Positions 1-11,656 of a stretch of DNA of 64,000 nt are shown piece by piece. The notes beneath the pieces were generated by a model. That model did no database searches and was not told the DNA's origin. It worked only from the letters and a program-made list of their open reading frames with translations. The translations under genes were made by a program, and so were the position numbers. The stretch covers positions 1,550,001-1,614,000 of the forward strand of contig NC_043006.1 of assembly GCF_006345805.1 (NCBI RefSeq). The letters run 5' to 3'. This DNA comes from Octopus sinensis (lineage: Eukaryota). Position 1 is the first letter of the stretch. Every line of letters starts with the position of its first letter.

Positions 1-232
1 AAGCATGCTGTTCCTTTTGTTTCAGCCACCACAAAAACCAATGAACCGGGAAGAAGCACTGCAAAACAAAGGTGCATCACATGGTGGTACGACTTCTCTC
101 AACGACACAAGTCAGCAGACTTATGTCTGAGGATTGCACTTAGTGGCTTCTAGCGGCCGAAGCCTGAACTACCGCGGGCTTGTCCCACAAAGAACAATTC
201 TGGTTACTTTTGGGTACCCCACCATATATATA
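1..232 (-). mobile_element. Second copy of the mariner element end (duplicate of about 1472-1703)
   Basis: Sequence from AAGCATGCTGTTCC to GGGTACCCCACCATATATA is repeated, apparently identically, about 1471 bp downstream; truncated by the window edge. Confidence 0.8.
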
Positions 233-469
233 TTATATATATATATATTATTTTTCGGGCTGAAACATGTTTAAGGATTTAAGGATATATAGTATGTATG
301 TATACATATATGTATGGTTATGTATATATATGTACACATACATATATATATGTATGCATATATATATGTATACATGCATATATATATAATGAATACACAC
401 ACACACACACACACACATATATATTTTGCAATATTATTTTGTTCCCTTAGTTTTACCTGTTTGCATTTG

Positions 470-1697
470 AATCCCCTTCAAAGTCTTCTTCATCTGAATC
501 CATGCATCAATCCAAACGCATTTTCCTCTGTTGAAGCAATCCTGGAACTCTTGCAAACTGATGCCTTTTAACGTCTCCATTGTTTTTTTCCTTCACCTCT
601 TCCACATCTGCCACATCTGCCAAGCGTTTTCCTTTAAGGACTTTTTTTTCATTCGGGGGCATAAAAAAAAAAGGTTGCTGGGAGCAAGATCTGGTGAATA
701 GGGAGAGTGGGTAAGCAGGGTGATGCCATTTTTGATCTAAAACTGTCTCACACTCAAGGGCAGTGTGCACAGACACAATGTTGTGATGAAACCACTACTC
801 ACCACTTTGCCACAGGTCAGGACATTTTCATCTCACCACACTTCGCAAACGCTTCATAACTGCCAAGTAAAATGTCTGGTTAACAGTTTGACCCAGAGGA
901 TCAAATTTTCTGTGGACAATTCCTTTCGCATTAATGAAACAAATCAGCTTTGTCCTGACATTGGACTTGGCTTCATGTGCTTTTTTGACTTCTTGCATTG
1001 ACTTGATTCCTGCTTTGGATCTGCATTGTAGCCATGGCGACCTTTGAAAAAAGGTCCAGATCAACTTCCAACTGTTCTTTCAGTTCACATCACACATCCA
1101 GTCCTGGCCGCTGTTAATCTTCCATGAGCAAGCGAGTCACAGAGTTTGTTGCAACTCTTTTCATTCACAATTCCTCACTCAAAATTCGTTGGCAGGGAAT
1201 CCAGGACATACCAGTCATATCAACAAGTTCATCAATTGTTCAGTGAGAGTCCTCCAAGATCTGTTCATACATTTTCATGATGTTTTTATTCATTCAAGAA
1301 GGTTGACAGATGCCCTGAATGAGGTTGGTCTTCAAGAGACAAGTGACCATTCCTAAAGCATGAAAACCATTCGTGAACTGGTGTTTTACTTGTGGCAGTG
1401 TCCCTGTTAGCTTTTAAAAGCGTGACAACTGTTTCGGCTGCTGTTTTCTCCAGCAGTAAACAGAATGCATGGAAGCATGCTGTTCCTTTTGTTTCAGCCA
1501 CCACAAAAACCAATGAACCGGGAAGAAGCACTGCAAAACAAAGGTGCATCACATGGTGGTACGACTTCTCTCAACGACACAAGTCAGCAGACTTATGTCT
1601 GAGGATTGCACTTAGTGGCTTCTAGCGGCCGAAGCCTGAACTACCGCGGGCTTGTCCCACAAAGAACAATTCTGGTTACTTTTGGGTACCCCACCAT
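470..1697 (-). mobile_element. Degenerate mariner (Tc1/mariner) transposon with frameshifted transposase
   Basis: Minus-strand fragments resemble mariner transposase: KTAAETVVTLLKA..VHEWFSCFRNGHLSLEDQPHSGH (HTH), KSNVRTKLICFINAKGIVHRKF..GQTVNQTFYLAVMKRLR, HPAYP..KKVLKGKRL; ends in a TA run. Confidence 0.85.
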
Positions 1698-1722
1698 ATA
1701 TATATTTATATATATATATATA

Positions 1723-2180
1723 CCGGAGTAAACACATAAATGTGAAACAAGGTGGAAAAAAGAGTACTCAAATACCAGTGGTAGAGTAATATGCTTTATT
1801 TAAAGCAGCAGAAAATTCAACAAAACCTGTTACTCTGAGTTTCACGTTGCCGTTCGTCGGACAGTTTTTGCTAGAATAGAATTGATATGTCAATTCTATC
1901 CAGACTAGTATAAACGCTACACCTTTAAAAATGGACTTGTTTGATTGGTCCTTTACAAATAACGGTCAATTTTCGAGCGATAAACAAAAATGAGCTCAAA
2001 AAATATATATATATATAAAATTATAAAATTCGAGGAAAAAACCTTACATCGAATCTTAGGTTAAAATACATATTGTCATTAATAAAGGTTCTATTCTAGC
2101 AAAAACTGTCCGATGAACGGCAACATGAAACTCAGAGTAACAGGTTTTGTTGAATTTTCTGCTGCTTTAAATAAAGTATA
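1723..2180 (-). mobile_element. Fold-back insertion (Penelope-like pLTR with inverted partial copy) in (TA)n
   Basis: About 92-bp inverted arms at 1790-1881 and 2089-2180, flanked by TA repeats; the arms contain a hammerhead-like motif. Confidence 0.6.
1821..1870 (-). ncRNA. Putative minimal type I hammerhead ribozyme (U4C core variant)
   Basis: Minus strand reads CAAAAA-CUGU-CCGACGA-ACG-GCAA-CGU-GAA-ACU-CAG-AGU-A-ACAG-GUUUUG: stem I CUGU/ACAG, 3-bp stem II with GNRA loop, short stem III, GUA cleavage triplet. Confidence 0.55.
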
Positions 2181-2590
2181 TATATATATATAAATACTAA
2201 GGGTGGAAATTAATATTAAATAATACTAATTTAAACCAGTGGCCAACATATGTAAAAAAACATCCAAGGACTGCAAATTATATTCAAATTTATAAATAAG
2301 AGGAAAAAACTACTAAGTGGATTCTTTGCATGCTGAAGATAGATGCCAAATCATCCTACCACGAAAAATGTATTCTCAAATTAACAGTTGCTAGATGTTT
2401 GCAAGCGAGACAAATGAAAGGAAAATAAGAAAAGCAGTTAATTCCATACCTCAAAGTTTCACCACAAATAATTAAGAAATTATCCATGGCTACTCAGTGG
2501 CCAGCAGAGACATAAAAAATGTCCAAGGACTGCAAATTATATTCAAATTTATAAATAAGAGGAAGACCACTAAGTGGATTCCTTGTATGC

Positions 2591-2985
2591 TCTTTTACTT
2601 GTTTCAGTCATTTGACTGCCGCCATGCTGGAGCACCGCCTTCAGTCAAGCAAATCGGCCCCAGGACTTATTCTTTGTAAGCCTAGTATTCATCGTATTGG
2701 TCTCTTTTGCTGAACCGCTAAGTTACGGGGACATAAACGCACCACCATCGATTGTCAAGCGATGTTGGGGGGACAAACACAGACACACACACATACATAT
2801 ATATATTTATATATATATATACGACGGGCTTCTTTCGGTTTCCGTCTACCAAATCCACTCACAAGGCTTTGGTTGGCCTGAGGCTATAGTAGAAGACACT
2901 TGCCCAAGGTGCCACGCAGTTGGAATGAACCCGGAACCATGTGGTTGATAAGCAATCTAGTTACCGCACAGCCACTCCTACGCCT
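2591..2985 (-). mobile_element. tRNA-derived SINE, family A (resembles octopus OR/OK-type SINEs)
   Basis: Reverse complement of 3493-3894; A/B-box head, internal (TA)n/(TG)n, tail GAAACAAGTAAAAGA. Confidence 0.85.
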
Positions 2986-3492
2986 ATGTACACTGAAGAT
3001 AAATGCCAAATCGTCCTACAAAAAATGTGGTATATATCTAAAGGTGGAAAGCAAAAAATGGAACTCACGAGACCTTATTCGGAACCACTACAACCATTTC
3101 ATGTCATCATGCACCTTCAAGGTGAGATCTTGTACAATCCTCAGGTGTCATTCATCGGTGCAGATGCATCTTCTCAGGTGACTTTTGAAAAAGTACCTTT
3201 TTTTTTTTTACCTGCCATTTCACTTACTTCTATAACACTACAGTTTAGTTAGTGTTGCATTCCATTGGTCTCCATAATGAACTGAGATAAAATGAAAGAA
3301 TCCTTCTCATATGAAAAATAAAACCATAAAAATCTTGAAGAAGGGAAAAAAGGAAAGCTTCTGACAATGCGAAAAGTTTCAGGCACAAAGGACCATCCTC
3401 AGAAGAAAAACAGTCTTGGAAATGTCCAGTTATGTAAGTGCTGTTAACCTATGGACTACAATGCTTTTATTTCTATAAAAATATGTAATAAA

Positions 3493-3894
3493 GGCACAGG
3501 AGTGGCTGTGTGGTAAGTAGCTTGCTAACCAACCACATGGTTCCGGGTTCAGTCCCACTGCGTGGCATCTTGGGCAAGTGTCTTCTGCTATAGCCTCAGG
3601 CCGACCAATGCCTTGTGAGTGGATTTGGTAGACAGAAACTGAAAAAAGCCTGTCGTATATATGTATATATATATATGTGTGTGTGTGTGTATGTGTTTGT
3701 GTGTCTGTGTCCCCCTAGCATTGCTTGACAACCGATGCTGGTGTGTTTACGTCCCCGTAACTTAGCGGTTCGGCAAAAGAGACCGATAGAATAAGTACTG
3801 GGCTTACAAAGTATAAGTCCCGGGGTCGATTTGCTCGACTAAAAGGCGGTGCTCCAGCATGGCCGCAGTCAAATGACTGAAACAAGTAAAAGAG
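3493..3894 (+). mobile_element. tRNA-derived SINE, family A, full length
   Basis: Head GGCACAGGAGTGGCTGTGTGGTAAG..GGTTCAGTCCC (pol III boxes); many related copies in the window. Confidence 0.85.
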
Positions 3895-4387
3895 TAAAGT
3901 ATATAAGGATAGAATAAGGAATCAAAAAATGAAACAATTAAGTACATCAATAATAAGACACACTTAAATAAAAACATAAAATATTTGCAACATCATCATC
4001 AGAGCAAAAGGAAAATTGGACATTTAGATACACCTTTACGTATATATTTTTATATTAAACACACATCATCATCGTTTAACATCAGCTTTCCATGCTGGCA
4101 TGGGTTGCACAACTTGTGTGTGTGTGTAGCCTCACAGAGGCTATGACGAAAGACTGAGTCCTCTGGAGATATGCTGTGACTTCGAAGACCCGACAAATGA
4201 AGAGAGTTCATGGTTCGCAGGACGGCCTGCTGTGCTAACCTTGGATCGTAGAGTGACCCGCTTTTCTTGAGGAGACTTTATTGAGTCAAGTACGTCAACA
4301 TCAAAATAAAAATTCAAATGGAAATTGTAGTTAAGGCACTCGTACTAGTGACATGTAAAAAGCACCGTCCAAACTTGTCTTTTAAAC

Positions 4388-6200
4388 TCACAGGATACAA
4401 AGCATGTTGTGTTATCAGAGACAATTCTATCCAGATGTTATTACTGTATATGAAGTTGGTTCTTTATACCTTGCCATTTTGTGTAGCTGTACCCTCTGAG
4501 CATACATTAGTACACCATCACACATAGAATACACGTCCACGTCTTGGTGGTTCTTTGCATCAGACCTTTCTTTATTTCCTTTTGTCGACCACAGTTTTCT
4601 TTTTGTTTCATTAATAAATTTTTCATTTTTTTGCAATTCTTTTAATTTCTTCCAAAGTTACTGCCAGTTCACGCACAATGTTCCACGTCCCTTTTTCTTG
4701 TTTCAGCTCATCAACCTCATTCGATTGTTTGACTGTTCTGTTTACACTTTTGCACAAAGTGCTTGTGGGTGCATCCCATAAATTAAATTTCTCCATACAT
4801 TCAGTGCCAAATAAATTCATGGATTTTTCAACAGGTGCCAGCCTCGCCTGGCACCTGTGCAGGTGGCACGTAAAAAGCACCCACTACACTCACGGAGTGG
4901 TTGGCGTTAGGAAGGGCATCCAGCTGTAGAAACACTGCCAGATAAAACTGGAGCCTGGTGCAGCCTTCTGGCTTCCCAGATCCCCGGTCGAACCGTCCAA
5001 CCCATGCTAGCATGGAGAACGGACGTTAAACGATGATGATGATGATGATGAACCATTCAACTTTTTGGTTCAACCTTTGAACATTATATTACAAACATAG
5101 TCACCTGTGAAATATAATTTTCTTCCTGTAGCACCATACACTATTTCGTTTGAACTACATAATTTCATTTTACCCATTTGTTCCCATATTTTCTCATTTA
5201 TGGTTGTGATACAAATTTTCTGTTTGTTGTGATCACAATTTTTCCTGCTCACAAACTATTTTTCTTGTTCCGTTTTCCTACCATTCTGGTTTTGCAGTGT
5301 GATTTTACATGTCCTGTAAACCCGCAGCAAAAACACTTTGCTTTTTATACAGACAATCTTTTTTCAGGTGCATCCCACCACGTGCCATACATAAGTCTAC
5401 ATCCTGATATTTTTTCTGTTTTCCAACTTTTTTTGCACTGCTCTTATGTGGAAACACTCTTTCCGTTGAATTTCTTCCATGTCATGCCTTAATTTCAATA
5501 ATATCCTGTCACACCCTTCCAACAGTTTCTGCAATGTCAAATCCTGGTTCATTTCCAGTTTTGATAGAATCTTCTTTCAGGTTTCTGCATTCCTTGTGCA
5601 AAAATCAAACAATTGAAAGAATCTGGATTAAACTTATCCAGCCTAAATCTCTCGCATTCTTTGTTTATTCTGTGTAAGTAGTGAAGTCTTCATCTTTGCT
5701 CTTTTCTATGTCTAAACAGTGATCTCTTTTCTCTAACCATTTTGCACAAAATGTCAACTGCATTCGTGAAATTTATGTCAGATGCTTTTTTTGGCAATAT
5801 GAAGTTACTCTACTTCTCATGCTCTGCTGTCACTAGTTTTCTTAACACTGGACACGTTTTCATTTTGTCCATCTAATTCTGACATTCTTTTACAAAAATT
5901 TGTTGAAAGTAAGCTTCAAAGGTTACTCCTTCTTCTGGGTCATATTTGAATTCACATGGAATTTGCTACCTGGTCAGGTGAACATGTATTTTCCGCTTTT
6001 GTTACCAACTTTCATTGATTGTAGCATTTACCGCTACAATCCTTGTTGTTGTCGTTGTTCCTTGAGTTGTTGTTGTTGCTGTTTCTTGCACCTCATCTCT
6101 CCCAGCTGACAAGTCTTCCATATTTTACGATTTTCTTAAGTTTGCTCAAGATTTTTTTTTCTTTTTTGTTGAGGTATTTAATTTCCCACATGAATTAGTT
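4388..6200 (-). mobile_element. Degenerate retroelement gag/ORF1-like remnant
   Basis: Minus strand 5294-5335 encodes CFCCGFTGHVKSHC (Cx2Cx4Hx4C zinc knuckle); Q/K-rich broken frames; interrupted by an RTE 3' piece. Confidence 0.55.
4830..5050 (+). mobile_element. RTE LINE 3' end with (GAT)n tail
   Basis: GGTGGCACGTAAAAAGCACCC..CCATGCTAGCATGG..GTTAAACGATGATGATG; the same sequence follows RTE coding remnants at 49850-50590. Confidence 0.75.
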
Positions 6201-6607
6201 TAAACTCTCCATGTGACTGTTTTTTTCCACTCTACATAAATTTGTTTTTCCTCATTGCCGTTGTTGTAAAGCAGTCTTTTGCCATGGTTGCATCTGTCTT
6301 TTGATGACAGTTGTCTCTCTGACAGATTGTTATATTCCAAAGTCACCAATAGAATGGTTCTGTCTGGCACTGTACGACTCCCAGTCATATAGTGTTATCC
6401 CCAAAAGATTGGATCGTTATAACGTCCACTCAGTATCACATTATAATTACTATATCAACACAGTCTAGCACATAGCCTACGTACTCACGACCTCTTCACC
6501 TTCTTGACCCTATACTGTCAACTGGCCACTGGTCTATTTATAATGGCTAGCTATTACCACTTTTTACTGGGAAGAGTGTACAGTTTCACTATACAACAAG
6601 AATAAAA

Positions 6608-6642
<35 letters not shown>

Positions 6643-6659
6643 CAGACTCACACAAAAAC

Positions 6660-8550
6660 AGTATGTCTTTAAAGTCATGGTGAAGGAAAGAAAGTTTTCT
6701 CTTCTTTCTTACAAACAACAACTTTGGTCTTAGCTAGGTTAACTTTGAGGCCCTTTGATTCTAGGTTTTGTTTCCATACCTGGAATTTCTTCTTTAATTC
6801 TGCTAAAGATTCTGCAATAAGAGCAAGGTCATCAGCATATAGTAGTTCCCATGAGCACCTAGTTTTGAATTCTTCTGTTATGGCCTGGAGGATTTTAATG
6901 AATAAGAGTGGGCTGAGAAACTGAGCCCTGGTGAATCCCTACCTGAATGCTAAAATCATTACTCTGTTCATGGCCGACTCTCACTTTACTGACAGCACCA
7001 CTATACATAGCTTGTACTCCTCTATTCCTAACTTCCTTAGAGACCACCATATGATCTCTGTCAAAAGCTTTCTCCAGGTCAACGAAGGCTAAGTACAATG
7101 GCTTACTTTTGGCCAAGTACTTTTCCTGCAGCTGTCTTACTAGGAAGATGGTATCTGTGGTACTCTTGCCAGGTACAAAACCAAACTGCATCTCATCTAC
7201 TTTAATTCTATTCTTAATCAGTTGAGCTATAACCCTCTCAGTAACTTTCATGACCTGGTCTAGTAATTTAATACCTCAAACCTTGTTCCCTCTTCATTTT
7301 GGGAGCCAAATCCATGGCCCCCATGCACACCATGGAAGATACCAGGCTGCCGCCTGAAATGCCCATTGAAATCCCCAGCCATGAAGAGGAGACCATTGTC
7401 ACTTGCCTTTGAGGTAGCCTGCAGAAGAATATCATAAAACTGGTCCTTCTGTTCATTTGGTAGGCTTACTTGAGGGGCATAGGCAGAGATAATTGTCATT
7501 ATTCTGTTCTGTAAGACTGGAATAAGCTTAAGCACTCTATCACTAACTCTGACTACCTCTATGACTTGATCCACCCATTTCTCTGCAAGAAGTATGTCCA
7601 CACCACCTACCCCATCACTGTTTCTTTCCCAGAAGATTTTATACTTATGTGTCTTGCCTGTGAGGAACCTGGCTGAAGCTCCTCTCCACCTTACCTCTTG
7701 GATGCAACATACATCAACATGCCTCCTTTCAAGCATCTCAACAATCTCGCTGTACCTACCTTTCAATGTGCCTACATTGATTGTGCCAATTCTGAAAACT
7801 GGGAAAGGGATGTGGGAGGGAACATGGGAAGGAATGATGTTATTCAGCACCTGAAAAAAAGGTTTCCCTGATCGTTTGATAACAGACATGTCACATCAGT
7901 TGTTCTCTCACTTTAACCTATTATCATTCAAACATGTTAAAAATTTTTGCTCTTATTAGTGGGGTGTGGGTGAGTGCAATATAAGCATTGTAAATATATG
8001 TGCTATGAGCATTGTGAATATAAGTGTTTCTGCTGCAAATATGATAGGTCAATGTTTAAATAGATGAGCTGTTATTGGTTAGTCCATTATGTATAGACAG
8101 AGAGAGGTTGGTGGGTTGGAGGGACAGAGGTATGCAAGTCTTCGGGTAGAGAAGGGAGGCAGAGCTCTGTCGGCATTTCTGGTATAAGAGATTTCCAGTA
8201 TTGGTGGTGAACGCATCAAGCAGAGGCCAGCATCGCCACATGCAAGAGAGGGAGGGAGAGAGAGAGAGACTGCAGTAAGGGACTTGAGGCCTTTAGCGAG
8301 GCAAGGAACATAGCAAGGTATGGGCGTGCGAGGAGTATGTAATACAATTTGATAAGTTATTGAAAATTTTAAAGAACTATAAGCAATGGCCAGCATCACC
8401 ACAGACGAGGGATCGAGAGAGAAATAGTATGAGACTCAGGGTCTTTTGTGAGGCAAGGAACATAGCAAAGTATGGAAATATGAGGAGTATGTAATATTAT
8501 TTGAAAAGTTATTGAAGAATCTCAAGAATTATAAGCCACAAAAGTTATTT
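6660..8550 (-). mobile_element. RTE-clade LINE fragment (APE endonuclease + part of RT), internally deleted
   Basis: 7260-7889: RIGTINVGTL..DVCCIQEVRW..ISAYAPQ..AGDFNGH (APE); 6895-7251: QFGFVPGKSTTDTIF..AFVDLEKAFDR..GIHQGS (RT). Confidence 0.9.
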
Positions 8551-9703
8551 TAACTCAAAGTACATGTTAACATCACATGTAAACATGTTAGTATTACAAG
8601 TTAGATAAGAGAATGATAAGCGATTAAAATCTAGAGAAATTTAATAAACTTAGCTGGGCATTTCATGTGGTATGATAGAATCAATATACAGCGGAGCGCT
8701 TAAGATTAAATTAATTTCTTACTTGTATAATTCTTCCCATAACTATTTTGTTATTGAGTTCCTCTTGTCCATGTCAATGATTCTTTCCCACTTTGTATGT
8801 AGCATGCATTCTGTTATTCATTGCCTGTCACCAAGCCTCATATGTGCACTCACGATGAACCTTATTGTTAACTCTCTCTCTCTCTCTTTTACTCTCTGTC
8901 CCCCACTCTCTGTATGATGTAAAGTGTCACTTGAGAAATCAATAACCAACCAACCAACTTGTATATCAGTTAGTATTAGATGCGTATGTATAGGCAGAGG
9001 CATGGCTGTGTGGATAAGAAGTTTACTTCTTGACTACATGGTTTCAGGTTCAGTCCTAATGTGTGGCACCTCAGCCAAGTGCCTCCTTTGGTTGACCAAA
9101 GTCTTTGCAAGTGAATTTGGTAGGATCATATATATATATATCTACATAAGATGATGATGATGAAATCTATTTATGTGTACGTGTGTGTTTGTGCTTTGTA
9201 ATGACATCACATCACATGATCATGTGACTGACCAGACTATCAAATGTTGTTACACATCACTGGTCACAATGCACTTTGCATTGTTTTAGCCTTCAAATGA
9301 TGCCACTCTGCTGGCTAGACAAGCAGGCCAACATTTCCCCTGATTGAAAGGGGGATTAAAGTAATGTAAAACGAAGTAAATTGCTCAAGAACACAACATG
9401 CTGCCTGGTCTGGGAATCGAACCCACGTTCAAGCAATCATGAGTGCAACCCCCAAACCACCAGGCCATGCACCTTCACGTATTAGTTGTAAATGAGCATC
9501 ACCATCATACAAGCAGTGTCATTTCTTTCCAGTCTTCTATGGAAACATATCTAGCTATTGAGAAACAAGTGAGGGTTAATGACAAGGGGGACATTTGGCT
9601 GTAGAAAATCTGACCCCATGGATTGCATCTGACCCATGCATGTTTGAAGTAATCTCTAAAATACGATTTTTATATTCTCATTGTTTTGTTTATGCTATTT
9701 CAG

Positions 9704-9834
9704 GTTGGAGACCAGAAATTCACTGCCCACAGAATTATCCTTGCGGCTACCATCCCTTACTTCCATTCTATGTTTACTCATGATATGGTAGAGTCAAAAC
9801 AAGATGAAATCCTCATGCGTGGTATCGAATCCAG
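9704..9834 (+). CDS. KLHL18: Kelch-like 18, coding exon (BTB)
   Basis: AG/GT flanked; [43 protein letters not shown] closely matches the KLHL18 BTB as I recall it. The ATG exon was not found in the window. Confidence 0.92.
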
Positions 9835-10183
9835 GTAACAGCAGTTGTTTTATTTATTTCCTTATAGTCCAACTGTTTTCATGCTTTATTCACACTGTTT
9901 TTATTAACATGTTATTTAGGGATATTTTAGGTGTTACCTATCTTTCTTATTCCATTTTTTACATCAAACTTCACTGAATTTTTTCCTTATTTTTTTCTTA
10001 TTGTCTCACTGTCCAGCGTCCTAGTTTTTAAAATATAACTAATGCATAAAAAGAGCTTGAAAAATTGCTTGGAGATACACAGTGTATTTTATAAGTATCA
10101 TAAAAGCATAAGATACCCAAAACTCTAGGTCATGCACCCTCATGGCTATAGGTTATATGGAACATGTTACAATATTTTAGAGT

Positions 10184-10415
10184 TTAACCCTTTCATTACT
10201 GTATTTCTTTTGAGATTCTCTGTGTTTCTTTCAATTAATTTAAATATAACAATATAATATTTAGTAAAATAACTTAGATATCATTTAGCTGGTGTTAGGA
10301 ACATAAATTGTGACTAAGGTTTGGTGGGAGATTTTAATTCAGAACTTTTGAAAACAAGACATTTGTACTACAGAGCCAGAGCTGGTTTCAGCCGGGTTGG
10401 TAATGAACGGGTTAA
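10184..10415. mobile_element. piggyBac-type MITE
   Basis: TTAA-CCCTTTCATTAC ... GTAATGAACGGG-TTAA; related decayed copy at about 13950-14137. Confidence 0.7.
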
Positions 10416-10454
10416 AAAGCACATCCATCTGTAAATTGTTACATTTTAATCTTT

Positions 10455-10845
10455 TATCTTTTACTTGTATCGGTCATTAGACTGCAGCCATGCTGGGGCA
10501 CCGCCTCGAAGAATTTTTAGTTGAATGAACCAATCCCACTAATTATTTTTTAAAGCCTGGTACTTATTCTATCGGGCCTTATTGCCAAACTGCTAAGTTA
10601 TGGGGACATAAACAAACCCACACTGGTTGTCAGACAGTGGTGGGGGACAAACACAGACACAAAGATATGTGCACCCACTCACACATATACAACAGTCTTC
10701 TTCCAATTTCAGTCTACCAAGTTTGTTCTCATGGCTTTGGTCAGCCTGGGGCTATAATAGAAGACACTTGCCCAAGGTGCCATGCAATGGGACTGAACCT
10801 GGAACCATGTGGTTAGGAAACAAACTTCTTACCACGCAGCCACAT
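10455..10845 (-). mobile_element. SINE family A (diverged)
   Basis: Similar to 2591-2985. Confidence 0.75.
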
Positions 10846-11095
10846 TTGCTTGCATTTCTTTAACCATGTTCATTCTGTAACATATTGTGTTATTTCTTTG
10901 AGGAGTTTCTTCTGATAAACGGTAAGTTACCTGTGAACTGTGAGAAACTTCATTTCAAACTCAAGTCAAGGCTAAAGCACTTCATTTCTTCTACCAAAGC
11001 CCCACCCTACACCGTTTCTTGTCTCTTTGTTACATAAAAAAAAAAATCAACATTTCCTGTTAGCTCATTGACCCCTTTGACCTTTATTTCCCCAG

Positions 11096-11236
11096 TGCGT
11101 TGGAATCACTTGTGAATTTTGCCTACAATGGTCGTCTGGAAATCAACATAAACACGGTTCAATCTCTGCTAGTGGCATCTTGTTTTCTTCAGCTGCAATG
11201 TGTTAAAGAAGCTTGTTGTAATTTTCTGAAGACCAG
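11096..11236 (+). CDS. KLHL18: Kelch-like 18, coding exon (BTB)
   Basis: CAG/GTAAAT; [46 protein letters not shown]; phase joins its neighbours. Confidence 0.93.
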
Positions 11237-11394
11237 GTAAATATCCAACTGATACAATTTCCGTTTATCTCTGCTTTTGTCTAAATAACACTTACGTTAC
11301 CATCGTATTTCTGTCGAAACATACTGTCTTTATTTCAATTAATTTTGAAAATAACGAAGCATTTGCTGAAATAATTTTATCTTTATTAAATTGG

Positions 11395-11610
11395 TAAAGC
11401 TGACAGAATCATTAAAATGCTGGACAAAATGCTTTTGCTTCCAGTTCTTCCAGTTCTTTACATTCCGACTTTAAATGCTGCTGAGGTCGACTTTGCCTTT
11501 CATCCTTTCAGGATCAATAAAATAAGTGCCAATTGAGCAGTGGGCTCGATATAATTTTATTTACCCCTCCCCTCAAAAAATCACTAGCCTTGTACCAAGA
11601 TGAGAAAGAA
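11395..11610 (+). mobile_element. tRNA-type SINE, family B
   Basis: Core GAGGTCGACTTTGCCTTTCATCCTTTC..ATAAAATAAGT shared with more than 12 copies in the window. Confidence 0.7.
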
Positions 11611-11656
11611 TTATTAAATTGGTAACTTTCTTTCCCCCCCCCTCTTCTAGCTCTTT

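Noticed and set aside
3493-3570. tRNA gene candidates at SINE heads (also 15346, 43639)
   Set aside because: They continue into SINE bodies and tails, some with TSDs; no complete cloverleaf.
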